Below are positions 8,733 through 17,808 of a stretch of DNA of 64,000 bases, piece by piece. This DNA comes from Deltaproteobacteria bacterium (GTDB lineage Bacteria; Myxococcota_A; Polyangia; DRWM01; JAAZOP01). Each line of letters begins with the position of its first letter. Position 1 is the first letter of the stretch. The DNA is taken from NCBI GenBank assembly GCA_016218815.1, contig JACRCX010000097.1, forward strand, positions 25,566-89,565, given 5' to 3'. The notes beneath the pieces were generated by a model that saw only the letters and a program-made list of their open reading frames with translations, made no database searches and had not been told where the DNA came from. The translations under genes and the position numbers were made by a program.

Positions 8733-10206
8733 CGTCCCGGCGGTACACTTGCGGATTCATCTCGTAGCCCGGCCAATTGGTGATCTGCACTTCGGTCATC
8801 GTCGGAAGATGGAAAGCGTAGATGTCCTGCTCGCGATCGCGGGCGTGCGTCGGGTCGTCGCCCCCTCGCTGGTCCTCGTACACCACCCACGGTCCGTCCG
8901 CGTCCAACTCCTCGCCCTGCATCGAATCCCCCGCGATGACGAGAGCCTGCTCAGTGCCGGTGGCGAGGTCGAATCCGTAGACGTCGGTGGAGCAGGGGGT
9001 GAACGAGTCGCACTCCGGATGATGGCGCTGATCCAGCCACGCAATCCAGGACGAGGCGAGGACGGGATACCACAGGTCCGGATACCACAGGTCGGCTGAC
9101 GCTTCGGCGAACCGGAGACGTTCGCCGGTCAACACGTTGGCGCCGACAATCCCCCTGCCGAACGGGTCGGCGGTCGGCGACCCGCCCCACGCAGCATCGA
9201 AGACGGCCAGCCCGTCTTCCAAGTCGACATGGAAGGTGGATCTCCAAAGCCGCGCGGAAGTCGTCGGATCGAGGTTCAAGTTGATGTTCTCCCCCGTTTC
9301 GATGTTCGTCGCGAGCGCATCCCACCGGTGGCTGGTTCCGTCCGGTGGCGCGACGGGAACCTCGCGGTTGTCGGCCCAGACCACCCACGGAGCCTCCAGG
9401 CTGACGGAGATGATCGAGCAACCGCTATGGTCGCCTGCCGGGATGCGGGAATCGCTGCTCGTCAAGGTCCTATCCTCGCCGGACTCCAGATCGAGGAGCC
9501 CGACGAGGCAATGCTCGACGTCGCTCGTGGGCCGCCAACCCCAGGAGTACGCTACCAGAGCGCCCTCGCTGGACGGGAACGCGATTGTGGCGGTCGAGCC
9601 CACCGGAGTCAGCGCGGGATGGACCAGCCGCGAGCAGCCTGTCGAACGGCGGTATTCCCACAAGCAAGACCCGATATACTCCGCACTTCCCGCCCCAGAA
9701 GAAACCGCCCCGCTCACGACGATGCGGTCGCCGTCCCCGGAGAAGTACCACGCGTAGTACTCGTTTTCCCAGACCGTGATCCGGGTACAGCTCACGCCCG
9801 GCGACGCGCCCGGCCGCGTCTCCCCTGATGAACGATAGAGGCAGGGACCCGCGTCCGGATCCACGTCGGTCGTCTCGCCCGCGTCCCCGTCCCGGACGTC
9901 GCCCTCGACGCCGTCCGCGGAGTCGCCATCACCCACGCGATCGACCGCGACGTCGGTGGCCTCCACCTCCTCGGCGACATCAGATGCGTCGCCGCAGGAA
10001 TAGGTGCACCGGCACCGGCTGTCGAGGCAACCCGCAGAACACATCCCGGCCGCCACGCACAGAGTGGCGCACGACGCGGGCGTGCATGCCCCATCCGCGA
10101 TGGTCGAGTCGGGTGCGGTTGACGACGGGCACCCGCATGCGGTGTGAAGAGCGACCAGAACCGTGACGCTCCCAAGAAGCCAGCTACTGTTTGCGCGCGA
10201 TCTCAA
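8629..10206 (-). CDS. Hypothetical lipoprotein, probably beta-propeller (TolB/WD40-like repeat character), with Cys-rich N-terminal segment.
   Basis: A TTG at 10204-10206 (minus) gives (M)RSRANSSWLLGSVTVLVALHTAC, a textbook lipoprotein signal plus lipobox. It overlaps the 3' end of the upstream giant gene by about 20 nt. The ATG at 10353 would add an Arg/Gly-rich unnatural extension. Confidence 0.6.
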   Translation of the reverse strand: MRSRANSSWLLGSVTVLVALHTACGCPSSTAPDSTIADGACTPASCATLCVAAGMCSAGCLDSRCRCTYSCGDASDVAEEVEATDVAVDRVGDGDSADGVEGDVRDGDAGETTDVDPDAGPCLYRSSGETRPGASPGVSCTRITVWENEYYAWYFSGDGDRIVVSGAVSSGAGSAEYIGSCLWEYRRSTGCSRLVHPALTPVGSTATIAFPSSEGALVAYSWGWRPTSDVEHCLVGLLDLESGEDRTLTSSDSRIPAGDHSGCSIISVSLEAPWVVWADNREVPVAPPDGTSHRWDALATNIETGENINLNLDPTTSARLWRSTFHVDLEDGLAVFDAAWGGSPTADPFGRGIVGANVLTGERLRFAEASADLWYPDLWYPVLASSWIAWLDQRHHPECDSFTPCSTDVYGFDLATGTEQALVIAGDSMQGEELDADGPWVVYEDQRGGDDPTHARDREQDIYAFHLPTMTEVQITNWPGYEMNPQVYRRDDGSYGVLLAFELDRRSEIYPVWDCDLPEPGSGGR

Positions 10207-13200
10207 GCCTGTTCCCGTCCCAGCGGACCGACCACGGCGCGACGTCCACCACGCCCTCGACCCACGCCGGAACGTCGTGCCCGCCGGCCGCGACCCACGT
10301 CCCGTCCGGCAGCTCGGCGACGACGGACGACCGCCGCCCCGGTCCGTCAGCATAGACCAATCCGCCCTCGGCGACCATGTCCTTCGCGAACCCGATCGGA
10401 ACCGATCCTGCCAGAACGGGCGCGACTCCGTTCCGGAAGTCGATCACGTCCAGCAAACCGAGGATGTTGAGGTACACGCGGTCGTCGTCGTAGGCTGCTG
10501 CCATCCTGCCGAAGGCGCCGCAAGCCCCTGTCGCGTCGCACAACCTGTCCATCCCGGCGTCGAACCCGGAGCACTCGTGGCCCCACGTCACGCTCGTCGC
10601 GTGCCGGCCCGGGACGATTCCCACCGTCTGGAGCACCACTGGCGCCGCCGGATCGGTCACGTCGACCACGAGGATCGAACGGAGGCCGACGACGTAGGCG
10701 AGCGGCCCGTCGACGAACACGCGCCGGGCCTGCCCGCACGTCGGGACGGTGCTCAGGGGGAGACCGTCGGCGAAGCCGTAGATGGAGACCCCCTCACCGT
10801 CGGCGACCAGCGCCGCCTCCCAGGTCGTCGCGACATCGCGTCCTGCGCGCGCCAAGTTGATCGATTGCAGCCACTCCAGACGCCCGTCCGCGTCGAACAC
10901 GTAGCTGTCAACGGTCCGGTCATGGAGCGCCACGATCCCCGCCTCGTGCGGGGCGACGGCGCGCAGCCCGGGCATCGCGTACTCCCAGACGCTCGTCCCA
11001 GGCGCCACGGGCGTTCGGCAGGCCAGTTCCCCTGCGTCGCAACGCAACCGGCCATACGACGGGAACCCGTCGTCGCCCGCCCCGCAGCGCGCACCGAACA
11101 ACGCATCTGGAGCCGTATCGCCGTCGCAGTCGGCCCCGGACTCCTCCTGGGCCTGTTCGCTCTTGCTCCGCCACGCGCCGCCCTCCAGCACCCATCCATA
11201 CTCGCCGTTCGTCCCCACCCCGCGGCTGGCGATGACGGTGACCTGCCCCGTGTGGGGGTCGACCACGAGCGTCTCTTTCCCGGTGACGACCGGGCAGCCC
11301 GTTCCGGAACACGCCGCGGCAGCCTGCGACCACCGACCGGTCCCGATCTCGAAGGCCCACAGGTCGGTCAGCGGGCGGTTCGCCGCATCGAGCCCGCCAA
11401 AGACCAACAGGCTGTTCGTCCGCGCGTCGTAGGTGACCGCAGGGCTGGATCGCACGGGCATGCTGGCCGCGACTGCCGGTACCAGCTCGGCTGCGCCGGT
11501 GTCGAGGCTCACGCGATAGACGTCCGCGACCGGCCCGGACACGTTCCGCCCGCCGGCGAGCCAGAGGTTCCGGCCGACCTGAACGCTGCCGGACTTGGTC
11601 AAGCCGCCAGAGGCCGGCGGAAGATACCCGACCTGACGCCAGCCCGACGGCCACGGACCGGTGCTGGAGGAGATGGCCCCGGCCGGCTTGATCGCTGTCG
11701 CCGTCTCGTCGTAGATCCAGATGTCGCTGAGAGGTCCGGTGGCGCCTTCGCCGCCGACCAGGATCAGCTTGCCCGCGGCCTCGCGGACGCCGTCCGGTGG
11801 CGGCTTGAGGCCGAGCGCGACTTCGGACTTCGGGCACACGTTCTCGCACCCACCGATCCCGCCCGGCGTCCCGCCCGTCGTGGCGACTCCGGTGCACGCC
11901 AGCGCGGCCCCGGCTCGCGCGTCCGGCCAGGCGCCCGTGCGACGCACCGGGGCGAGCTCGTAGAATACGCTCGCCGGGTCCGGCTGGGCACCCTTGCTCA
12001 GAGGCACCGCCAAGCCTTCGTTCCCGACGTACTTGACCGCCCCGGCCTCGTCGATCACGGCAAGCCTTCCCGTCCACATTTGCTCGCTGAATTCGCCGCC
12101 CGCGCCCACGCCGCCGAAGGTCCAGTAGCGGGTCGGATCGCCGTTCTGGTCGTAGGCGAAGGCGATGCTCGCCCGCTTGAGGTCGAACAGCTCGGTGGTC
12201 GCCAGCTTGGACCCGAGCACCCAGCCGAGGTTGTTCCCGTCCTTGGTCCAACTCGTGACGGTGAGCCCGGCGACCTGATCCCCGGAAACCTCGAACAGCA
12301 GCCCCTCCAGCCAGTCCGGGCACATCGCCGCCCAGCAAGGCAGGTCGATGATGTCAGCCAACGACCACGTGTTGGGAGAGATGCCCCCCAGGTCCTCGAT
12401 GTCGAGCGGACCCGGCAGACCCTCGCCGCCGCCGAACGGCGGGCGGAATTCATCCGGGGGCAGCGTGATCATCACGTCCGCATTCGTGAAGTACCACGCG
12501 GTGTAGGTATTGCCATGATCATCCACGAAAGGATCCGTCATCCATGCCGGGACTTCCTCGGGTTTGAACCACATCTGCACCTGCTGCGTGCAGTCGTCCG
12601 TCATTCCGCCGCAGAGCTGGTCGATCCAGTACCACGTCTGCTCGGTCACCCGATCCGTGGCGGCGTCGGTTCCGGCCGGCCGCCAATACGAGGCCCGTCC
12701 GCTCTGGGTGAACGGAGTCGCGGCGCGCCCAAGGCCGGGGTCGCCGTAGTACAGCGGTCGGTAGGGGTACGTGACGTAGTCGTGAACGGGATCGTCGTCC
12801 GTGACGTCGGCCCATGACCCGCTCGCTTCGCCGTCGGGCGGGCAGGTAAGGTCGAAGCATGTGGTATCGATTCCCCTGACGGCGAGGGAGTACTGGCTCG
12901 GGTCGCAGCTACATCCGCGCGCGCGCGTACGCAGGTTGACCATCGGCGCGGCGGTCAGGTCCGAGCCGACGGGGCAGACGGAGGCGGTGATGGGCTCACG
13001 GTCGCCCATGCCCCAGTAGTCCCCGCGCGGCAGGGCGAGCTCGGGCTCGTTGTGCGTCGCATCGGTGCCGCGGCAGGAATCAACGCAGGGAGTCGGGTCA
13101 CAGGCATCCCCGAGGCCCTTTGCCACCGGAGTCGGTGGGTCCGCCAGAACGCCGTCAGCCAGCTCGTCCCGGGCGTTGCAGTTCCACTGGTCGCTGTTCG

Positions 13201-15181
13201 CGACGGCCTCGCAGTTGTCGCAGCGGGCCCCGACGCGGTCGGCGTCGGCATCCTGGGGATGATGGGCCATCCAGAAGAAGTTGTTCATGTCGTCGGCGCA
13301 CATCCCCGACGAGCCGCCGGAAGCGGTGCAGGAGGACGGGTCGGGCAGGCCCGGCGCGTACCCCGGGTACTTCATCGAGGGGCACAGGTCGCAGGAGTCA
13401 GCGAGATCGTCGCCGTCCCGGTCGCCGGGAACCGCGATGCCATCGCCCGGCGACTGGTTGTAGTGCGACGACCAACGCGGTGGGACCGTGTCGGTCCGGC
13501 GCAGGTTCGGGCACAGGTCGCACGCATCTCCCAGGTAGTCGCCATCGAGATCACCCCCGCTGGACACGCAGAGAGTGGGGCAGCCGTCTGCCGCGTCCGC
13601 TGCACCGTCGCAGTCGAGGTCACTTTCGAACCAGAACCGCGGGGTGGGCCGCCCATCCGGCAGGGACCCCAGCGTTGCGCCGGTGTACTCGAACCGCGCG
13701 AACGTCGACCGGTCCAGCGAGACCAGCGGGCCGGCAAGCATGTTCCACCACTGTCGGCTCGCACCCGCACTCCCCTCGAGGAACCGTGCCGCCATCAAGT
13801 CGGCGGGGACGGGGACGGTTGCCCCGCACGTGCCGTCTGGCCCGCGCAGGACGCAGATGCCCGAACAGCCGTATCGCAGGCAGTCGAAACCGAAGACGTC
13901 GTCGACATGGTGTTCCAGCATGTTCAATTCCCGCCGGGGATCCGTCTCCCGCGGCAGGAAGTTGACGTACATCTGAAAGAGCTGAGCGGCGCCATCGAGG
14001 AAGAGGAGGACCTGGTCACGCACCTGACCCTGCATCTCCGCAAGGTCATCGTTGCGCATGGAGATGATGAGCCCGGCCAACGGCCCGAGCAGGATCGACA
14101 GCAGGGTCGCAGCCCCGTCCGAGACGGACGCACCGAAGTTCCAGCTCATGTGGAAGCCATCGAAGTCCTGCGCGTCGAGGCGGACCATGCTCAGGTTCTT
14201 GTTCGTCCATTCGGATGTCGGCTCTCCCGGGGTTTCGACGAATCCCTCCCACGAGGCCGAGCTCGGCGCTGCCTGCTCGGCACAGGGTCCGGCGGGACAG
14301 TGATAAGCACCTGACTCGAACACGCTGAGGAAGTGCGCATCGAGTCCGCTCCACTCGATGTCTGCCAGGTTGTTGATGTCCCAATCAACTCCACCCACGT
14401 CCACCTCACCGGACACGCCGAAACTCACGTCGGCGTGGACCCCGATATCGAGCGCGGGGCCGGGGTGCGTCGGGTCCGGAGACTCGACCCAATTCGCCTG
14501 GAACCGGTTGAACGTCAGCCGCGCGGTGGAAATGCTCACACCCTGAGCGGCGGCGATCGCGTCCAGCAACGCGGCGATGTTCCCAAGTGGCCGGCACGGG
14601 GCAGGGAGAGAACACGGGAGACCCACGTAGCCCAGCAGACACCCGGCGCCGCAACCCGCGGAGTAGATGTCGTCGAGTTCCTCGAACGAGGCCTCGAAGA
14701 TCGGCGCGGAACCGCTGCGCGACCAGCCGGCAGTCGTCTCGAGCGCACCCGATGGACCTGTGGACGCAAGCATCGCGTCGGCGTCTGCCCACACCTTCAG
14801 CGTCTCGGCCACCACGTCGATTTCGATGCGGATGGAGTTGAGAACGGCATTCAGCCGCGTGGTCATCTCCGCCCTGGCGTAGTTCTGCGACCCGGCTGGC
14901 GCCCATTCCGACCGTCCATCGGCGGTGCGCACGGCCAGGATGCTCGGGTCGTCGGGGAACACCCAGTTCTGCAAGCCTCCGATCGAGATCGGCACGGCGG
15001 GGATCGTCATTGTGCGACACGCGCCCGAGCCGAGGATGAGCAGCCCGGCCAGCGCGAGCCTTCGGAGGATAGGCAGAATCCTCCGGTTCGCCAGGAGCCT
15101 CCCGCCCGTCTTCGAGAGATAGGTGCGGTGGGCGGTGCGCCGTCCGAGGGAATCCGACAAGGAACGCGTGCAGCCTGCCAT
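10184..15181 (-). CDS. Giant surface lipoprotein (about 1665 aa). N-terminal lipoprotein signal, thrombospondin type 3 (calcium-binding D-x-D-x-D-G-x-x-D-x-C-D-x-C-P) repeats, Kelch-type repeats, and C-terminal LVIVD-type beta-propeller repeats.
   Basis: Start at internal ATG 15179-15181 (MAGCTRSL... then RRILPILRRLALAGLLILGSGAC lipobox). The 180-aa upstream extension is Arg-rich junk. TSP3 motifs include DLDGDYLGDACDLCPN, GDRDGDDLADSCDLCPS and DADADRVGARCDNCEAVANSD. A Kelch-like motif is ...LLVFGGLDAANRPLTDLWAFEIGTGRWS. An LVIVD-like motif is RSILVVDVTDPAAPVVLQTV. Confidence 0.8.
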   Translation of the reverse strand: MAGCTRSLSDSLGRRTAHRTYLSKTGGRLLANRRILPILRRLALAGLLILGSGACRTMTIPAVPISIGGLQNWVFPDDPSILAVRTADGRSEWAPAGSQNYARAEMTTRLNAVLNSIRIEIDVVAETLKVWADADAMLASTGPSGALETTAGWSRSGSAPIFEASFEELDDIYSAGCGAGCLLGYVGLPCSLPAPCRPLGNIAALLDAIAAAQGVSISTARLTFNRFQANWVESPDPTHPGPALDIGVHADVSFGVSGEVDVGGVDWDINNLADIEWSGLDAHFLSVFESGAYHCPAGPCAEQAAPSSASWEGFVETPGEPTSEWTNKNLSMVRLDAQDFDGFHMSWNFGASVSDGAATLLSILLGPLAGLIISMRNDDLAEMQGQVRDQVLLFLDGAAQLFQMYVNFLPRETDPRRELNMLEHHVDDVFGFDCLRYGCSGICVLRGPDGTCGATVPVPADLMAARFLEGSAGASRQWWNMLAGPLVSLDRSTFARFEYTGATLGSLPDGRPTPRFWFESDLDCDGAADAADGCPTLCVSSGGDLDGDYLGDACDLCPNLRRTDTVPPRWSSHYNQSPGDGIAVPGDRDGDDLADSCDLCPSMKYPGYAPGLPDPSSCTASGGSSGMCADDMNNFFWMAHHPQDADADRVGARCDNCEAVANSDQWNCNARDELADGVLADPPTPVAKGLGDACDPTPCVDSCRGTDATHNEPELALPRGDYWGMGDREPITASVCPVGSDLTAAPMVNLRTRARGCSCDPSQYSLAVRGIDTTCFDLTCPPDGEASGSWADVTDDDPVHDYVTYPYRPLYYGDPGLGRAATPFTQSGRASYWRPAGTDAATDRVTEQTWYWIDQLCGGMTDDCTQQVQMWFKPEEVPAWMTDPFVDDHGNTYTAWYFTNADVMITLPPDEFRPPFGGGEGLPGPLDIEDLGGISPNTWSLADIIDLPCWAAMCPDWLEGLLFEVSGDQVAGLTVTSWTKDGNNLGWVLGSKLATTELFDLKRASIAFAYDQNGDPTRYWTFGGVGAGGEFSEQMWTGRLAVIDEAGAVKYVGNEGLAVPLSKGAQPDPASVFYELAPVRRTGAWPDARAGAALACTGVATTGGTPGGIGGCENVCPKSEVALGLKPPPDGVREAAGKLILVGGEGATGPLSDIWIYDETATAIKPAGAISSSTGPWPSGWRQVGYLPPASGGLTKSGSVQVGRNLWLAGGRNVSGPVADVYRVSLDTGAAELVPAVAASMPVRSSPAVTYDARTNSLLVFGGLDAANRPLTDLWAFEIGTGRWSQAAAACSGTGCPVVTGKETLVVDPHTGQVTVIASRGVGTNGEYGWVLEGGAWRSKSEQAQEESGADCDGDTAPDALFGARCGAGDDGFPSYGRLRCDAGELACRTPVAPGTSVWEYAMPGLRAVAPHEAGIVALHDRTVDSYVFDADGRLEWLQSINLARAGRDVATTWEAALVADGEGVSIYGFADGLPLSTVPTCGQARRVFVDGPLAYVVGLRSILVVDVTDPAAPVVLQTVGIVPGRHATSVTWGHECSGFDAGMDRLCDATGACGAFGRMAAAYDDDRVYLNILGLLDVIDFRNGVAPVLAGSVPIGFAKDMVAEGGLVYADGPGRRSSVVAELPDGTWVAAGGHDVPAWVEGVVDVAPWSVRWDGNRLEIARKQ

Positions 15182-15575
15182 CGTCGTGCCTCCTCCGCGC
15201 CCCCACGGGCGCCGCCGTCTTCGTGGCCTGCCGTCTTGCGGCGGACGGCTTGGCGGAGCGAAGGCCGTGCCATGCGTGCCTGCTTGCGATTTCGGCGGCT
15301 TGCGCGGAACAGACCCTGCCGGCCGAGGACATCCTGTCCCCTGCCTGCAACGCGATCGGAACTTCCGTCCCCTGCGCGGTCCCGACGTCGGACATCGGCA
15401 AACGGACGTGCCCATCCCGCTCACCGATGACCACACCTGCCTTCCAACGCGATGGAGCAGCGCCGAACCATCGAGTGCCCGCGGCCGCCGGGGGCTCAGG
15501 GCGGAGCGGCCACCGCCGGAATCCCCGCGGTCCCTCGGTTCCGGAGGACGGCAAGCGTGGACAAGTCCCAGCGCC

Positions 15576-16370
15576 CTACCGCCCAAGGTCCGGAAAAACC
15601 TCGACCAGCCGCGCCAGCCGCGCCGCGGCGTCCGCGGGATGCCGCCCGCTCGCCGTCCGCTCGGCACGCAGCATGAGGTTGCGCGGCGTGACCTCGCCGC
15701 CGGCGAAGTCCACGGCGTCAACGCGGTAGCCGGCGGCCTCCAGGCGCAGGAAGCGGGCGGAGTCGAGCAGCGCGTCGCCGACCCGCGCCCGCAGGCGGCC
15801 CGAGGGCGGCAGGCCGAGGGCGTCGAAGCCGCGGCCGAGCTTCGGATGGCAACACGGCACGCAGAGCACGTAGCGCACGTGCGACCGGACGGCGCGAGCC
15901 AGGAACTGGTCCGTCGCCTCGCCGCACGCGTGCAGCGCCCACGCGACGTCGATCCGCGGCGGCAGGGGAACGTCGGCCAACCGCCCGGCGTGGAACTCCA
16001 TGTCGTCCAGGCCCAGGTTGCGCGCGATGCGCCGGCAGGTCGTGATGCGGTCCGCCGACTCGTCGACGCCGACGATGCGGGCGCGCAGGCCCAGCCGGGG
16101 CAGCAGCAGCGTCTTGGCCACGAACGAGAGCACCGACTTGCCGCAGGCGCCGTCCAGTATCGTCAACGGGCGCGACCGCGGCGCGCCGCGCAGCGCGAAC
16201 GCGATCTGCTCGCCGAACCGATGCACCTCCAGCGACTTCTTGCGCTCGCGCCGCCCGAAGCTCGCAACCTCCTCCGCCGCCCGGATCCGTTCCGCTTCCG
16301 CGAGGACCTCCCGCTCCGTCGGCAGCTCCGCCGTTCCCGGCGGCCGGATGCGGTACCTGGCGATGCCCAT
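15576..16370 (-). CDS. Putative SAM-dependent methyltransferase (264 aa).
   Basis: Internal ATG 16368-16370 (MGIARYRIRPPG...). It has an ILDGACGKSVL glycine-rich motif and acidic motif VGVDES consistent with class I MTase motifs I and II. The upstream part of track ORF 15576-16658 is the REP hairpin read through. Confidence 0.55.
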   Translation of the reverse strand: MGIARYRIRPPGTAELPTEREVLAEAERIRAAEEVASFGRRERKKSLEVHRFGEQIAFALRGAPRSRPLTILDGACGKSVLSFVAKTLLLPRLGLRARIVGVDESADRITTCRRIARNLGLDDMEFHAGRLADVPLPPRIDVAWALHACGEATDQFLARAVRSHVRYVLCVPCCHPKLGRGFDALGLPPSGRLRARVGDALLDSARFLRLEAAGYRVDAVDFAGGEVTPRNLMLRAERTASGRHPADAAARLARLVEVFPDLGR

Positions 16371-16390
16371 CAACGCTCCGCCATCTTCCG

Positions 16391-16460
16391 GATCCGAACC
16401 GCGGGCTTCAGCCGCGGGCTGAAGCCGGCACAGCCGCGGGCTGAAGCCCGCGGTTCGGAT
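16391..16460. repeat. REP-like palindromic element GATCCGAACCGCGGGCTTCAGCC-GCGGGCTGAAGCCGGCACAGCC-GCGGGCTGAAGCCCGCGGTTCGGATGG; probable transcription terminator of the acyl-CoA dehydrogenase gene.
   Basis: Perfect 23-nt terminal inverted repeat with internal duplication. A sibling copy is at 35745-35825. Both lie at 3' ends of genes. Confidence 0.7.
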
Positions 16461-16492
16461 GGCTGCGCGCCGTCCCCGGCTCCGATCGTCGA

Positions 16493-17638
16493 TCAACCCT
16501 TCAGCATGTGGCTCGAGATCACCAGCCGCTGGATCTCGCTCGTCCCTTCGTAGATCTCGGTGATCTTCGCGTCGCGGAAATGACGTTCGACCGCGTACTC
16601 CTTCAAATAGCCGTAGCCGCCGTGGACCTGGATCGCCTTGGTCGTGAGCTTCATGCACATCTCGGCCGCGAAGACCTTGGCCATCGCCGACTCCTTGCTG
16701 AACGGCCGCTTGTGGTCCTTCAGGAACGCGGCGCGCAGCGTGAGCAGCCGCGCCGCCTCCAGCTCGGTCCCCATGTCGGCCAGCATGAAGGCCACGGCCT
16801 GGTGCTGCGCGATCGGCCTGCCGAAGGTCTCGCGCTCCTTGGCGTACGCGAGACTCTCGTTGAGCGCGGCGGCCGCGATGCCCAGCGCCTGCGACGCGAT
16901 GCCGATGCGGCCGGCGTCAAGCGTGGTCATGGCGACCTTGAAGCCCATGCCGCGCTCGCCCAGGCGGTGGGAGACGGGGAGCTTCACTTCCTCCATGCAG
17001 ATCGAGGAGGAGTGCGAAGCACGGATCCCCATCTTGATCTCCTTGGGGCCGACGCTGACGCCGGGGTGGTTCTTGAGCGGGAGCAGCACGGCGCTGACGC
17101 CCTTGTGCCGGAGCTCCTTGTCCTCGGTGGCGAAGATGATCGCCCAGTCGGCGTTGGGCGCGTTGGTGATGAAGATCTTCTCGCCGGAGAGGATCAGCTC
17201 GTCGCCGACCTGCCGCACGGTGGTACGCATCGCCGCCGGGTCGGAGCCGGCGCCGGGTTCCGTGAGGCCGAAGCACCCGAGCTGCTTGCCGGCGGCCAGC
17301 GGGGTCAGGATGTCCTTCTTCTGCCCGTCGGTGCCGTACTTGAAGAGGGGGTCGCACACGAGCGAGTTGTTGACGCTCATGATCACGCCGGTGCCGGCGC
17401 AGGCGCGGGAGATTTCCTCCATCGCCAGCACGTAGGTGACGTAGTCGAAGCCGCTCCCGCCGTACTCGGGGGGGATGGCCACGCCCATCAGGCCCAGCTC
17501 GCCCATCTTGGCCACGAGGTCCGCGGGGTACTCGGCCTTGTCGTCCAGCTCCTTGGCCCGCGGCGCGACCTGCTCGTCGGCGAACTCGCGTGCCATGCGC
17601 TGCACGGCCAACTGGTCCTCGGTGAACTCGAGCTTCAT
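16493..17638 (-). CDS. Acyl-CoA dehydrogenase (short/branched-chain type, 381 aa).
   Basis: MKLEFTEDQLAVQRMAREFADEQVAPRAKELD...GGSGFDYV...GTSEIQRLVISSHMLKG gives full-length ACAD N, middle and C domains. ATG confirmed at 17636-17638. Confidence 0.9.
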   Translation of the reverse strand: MKLEFTEDQLAVQRMAREFADEQVAPRAKELDDKAEYPADLVAKMGELGLMGVAIPPEYGGSGFDYVTYVLAMEEISRACAGTGVIMSVNNSLVCDPLFKYGTDGQKKDILTPLAAGKQLGCFGLTEPGAGSDPAAMRTTVRQVGDELILSGEKIFITNAPNADWAIIFATEDKELRHKGVSAVLLPLKNHPGVSVGPKEIKMGIRASHSSSICMEEVKLPVSHRLGERGMGFKVAMTTLDAGRIGIASQALGIAAAALNESLAYAKERETFGRPIAQHQAVAFMLADMGTELEAARLLTLRAAFLKDHKRPFSKESAMAKVFAAEMCMKLTTKAIQVHGGYGYLKEYAVERHFRDAKITEIYEGTSEIQRLVISSHMLKG

Positions 17639-17808
17639 CGGTTGCGCCTCCTGTCGCCGTCGAGCGCCGGCGGCGGTAGCTGCGTGGCGACCATCGGCCG
17701 GCGATGGTAGCCGCGCGGTCGCCGGATGTCCACGCCGCCGGAAGTTGCGCGACGGCGGCCGGAACGCGTATGGTCGCGACCCCACGGGGGGGAGGGAGAA
17801 GCGAGTCC

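Noticed and set aside
10163-12817. 884-aa plus-strand ORF plus several other ORFs of 300-800 aa overlapping the giant lipoprotein gene
   Set aside because: They are antisense or out-of-frame relative to the TSP3/Kelch/LVIVD gene, which has coherent repeat structure. They are not supported.
10184-15181. Eukaryotic contamination or horizontal origin of the TSP3/Kelch/EGF-containing genes
   Set aside because: Codon usage and GC match the neighbours. Bacterial lipoprotein signals are present. Genes are tightly packed with overlapping starts and stops. Such eukaryote-like extracellular modules are well known in Myxococcota.
15181-15721. N-terminal 180-aa extension of the giant ORF and similar long Arg-rich extensions on many track ORFs (for example 16493-17785, 23980-25452, 28818-30410, 4888-6483)
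   Set aside because: Internal ATGs followed immediately by signal or lipobox sequences or by conserved family N-termini give the real starts. The upstream parts are compositionally aberrant and often read through REP or repeat elements.
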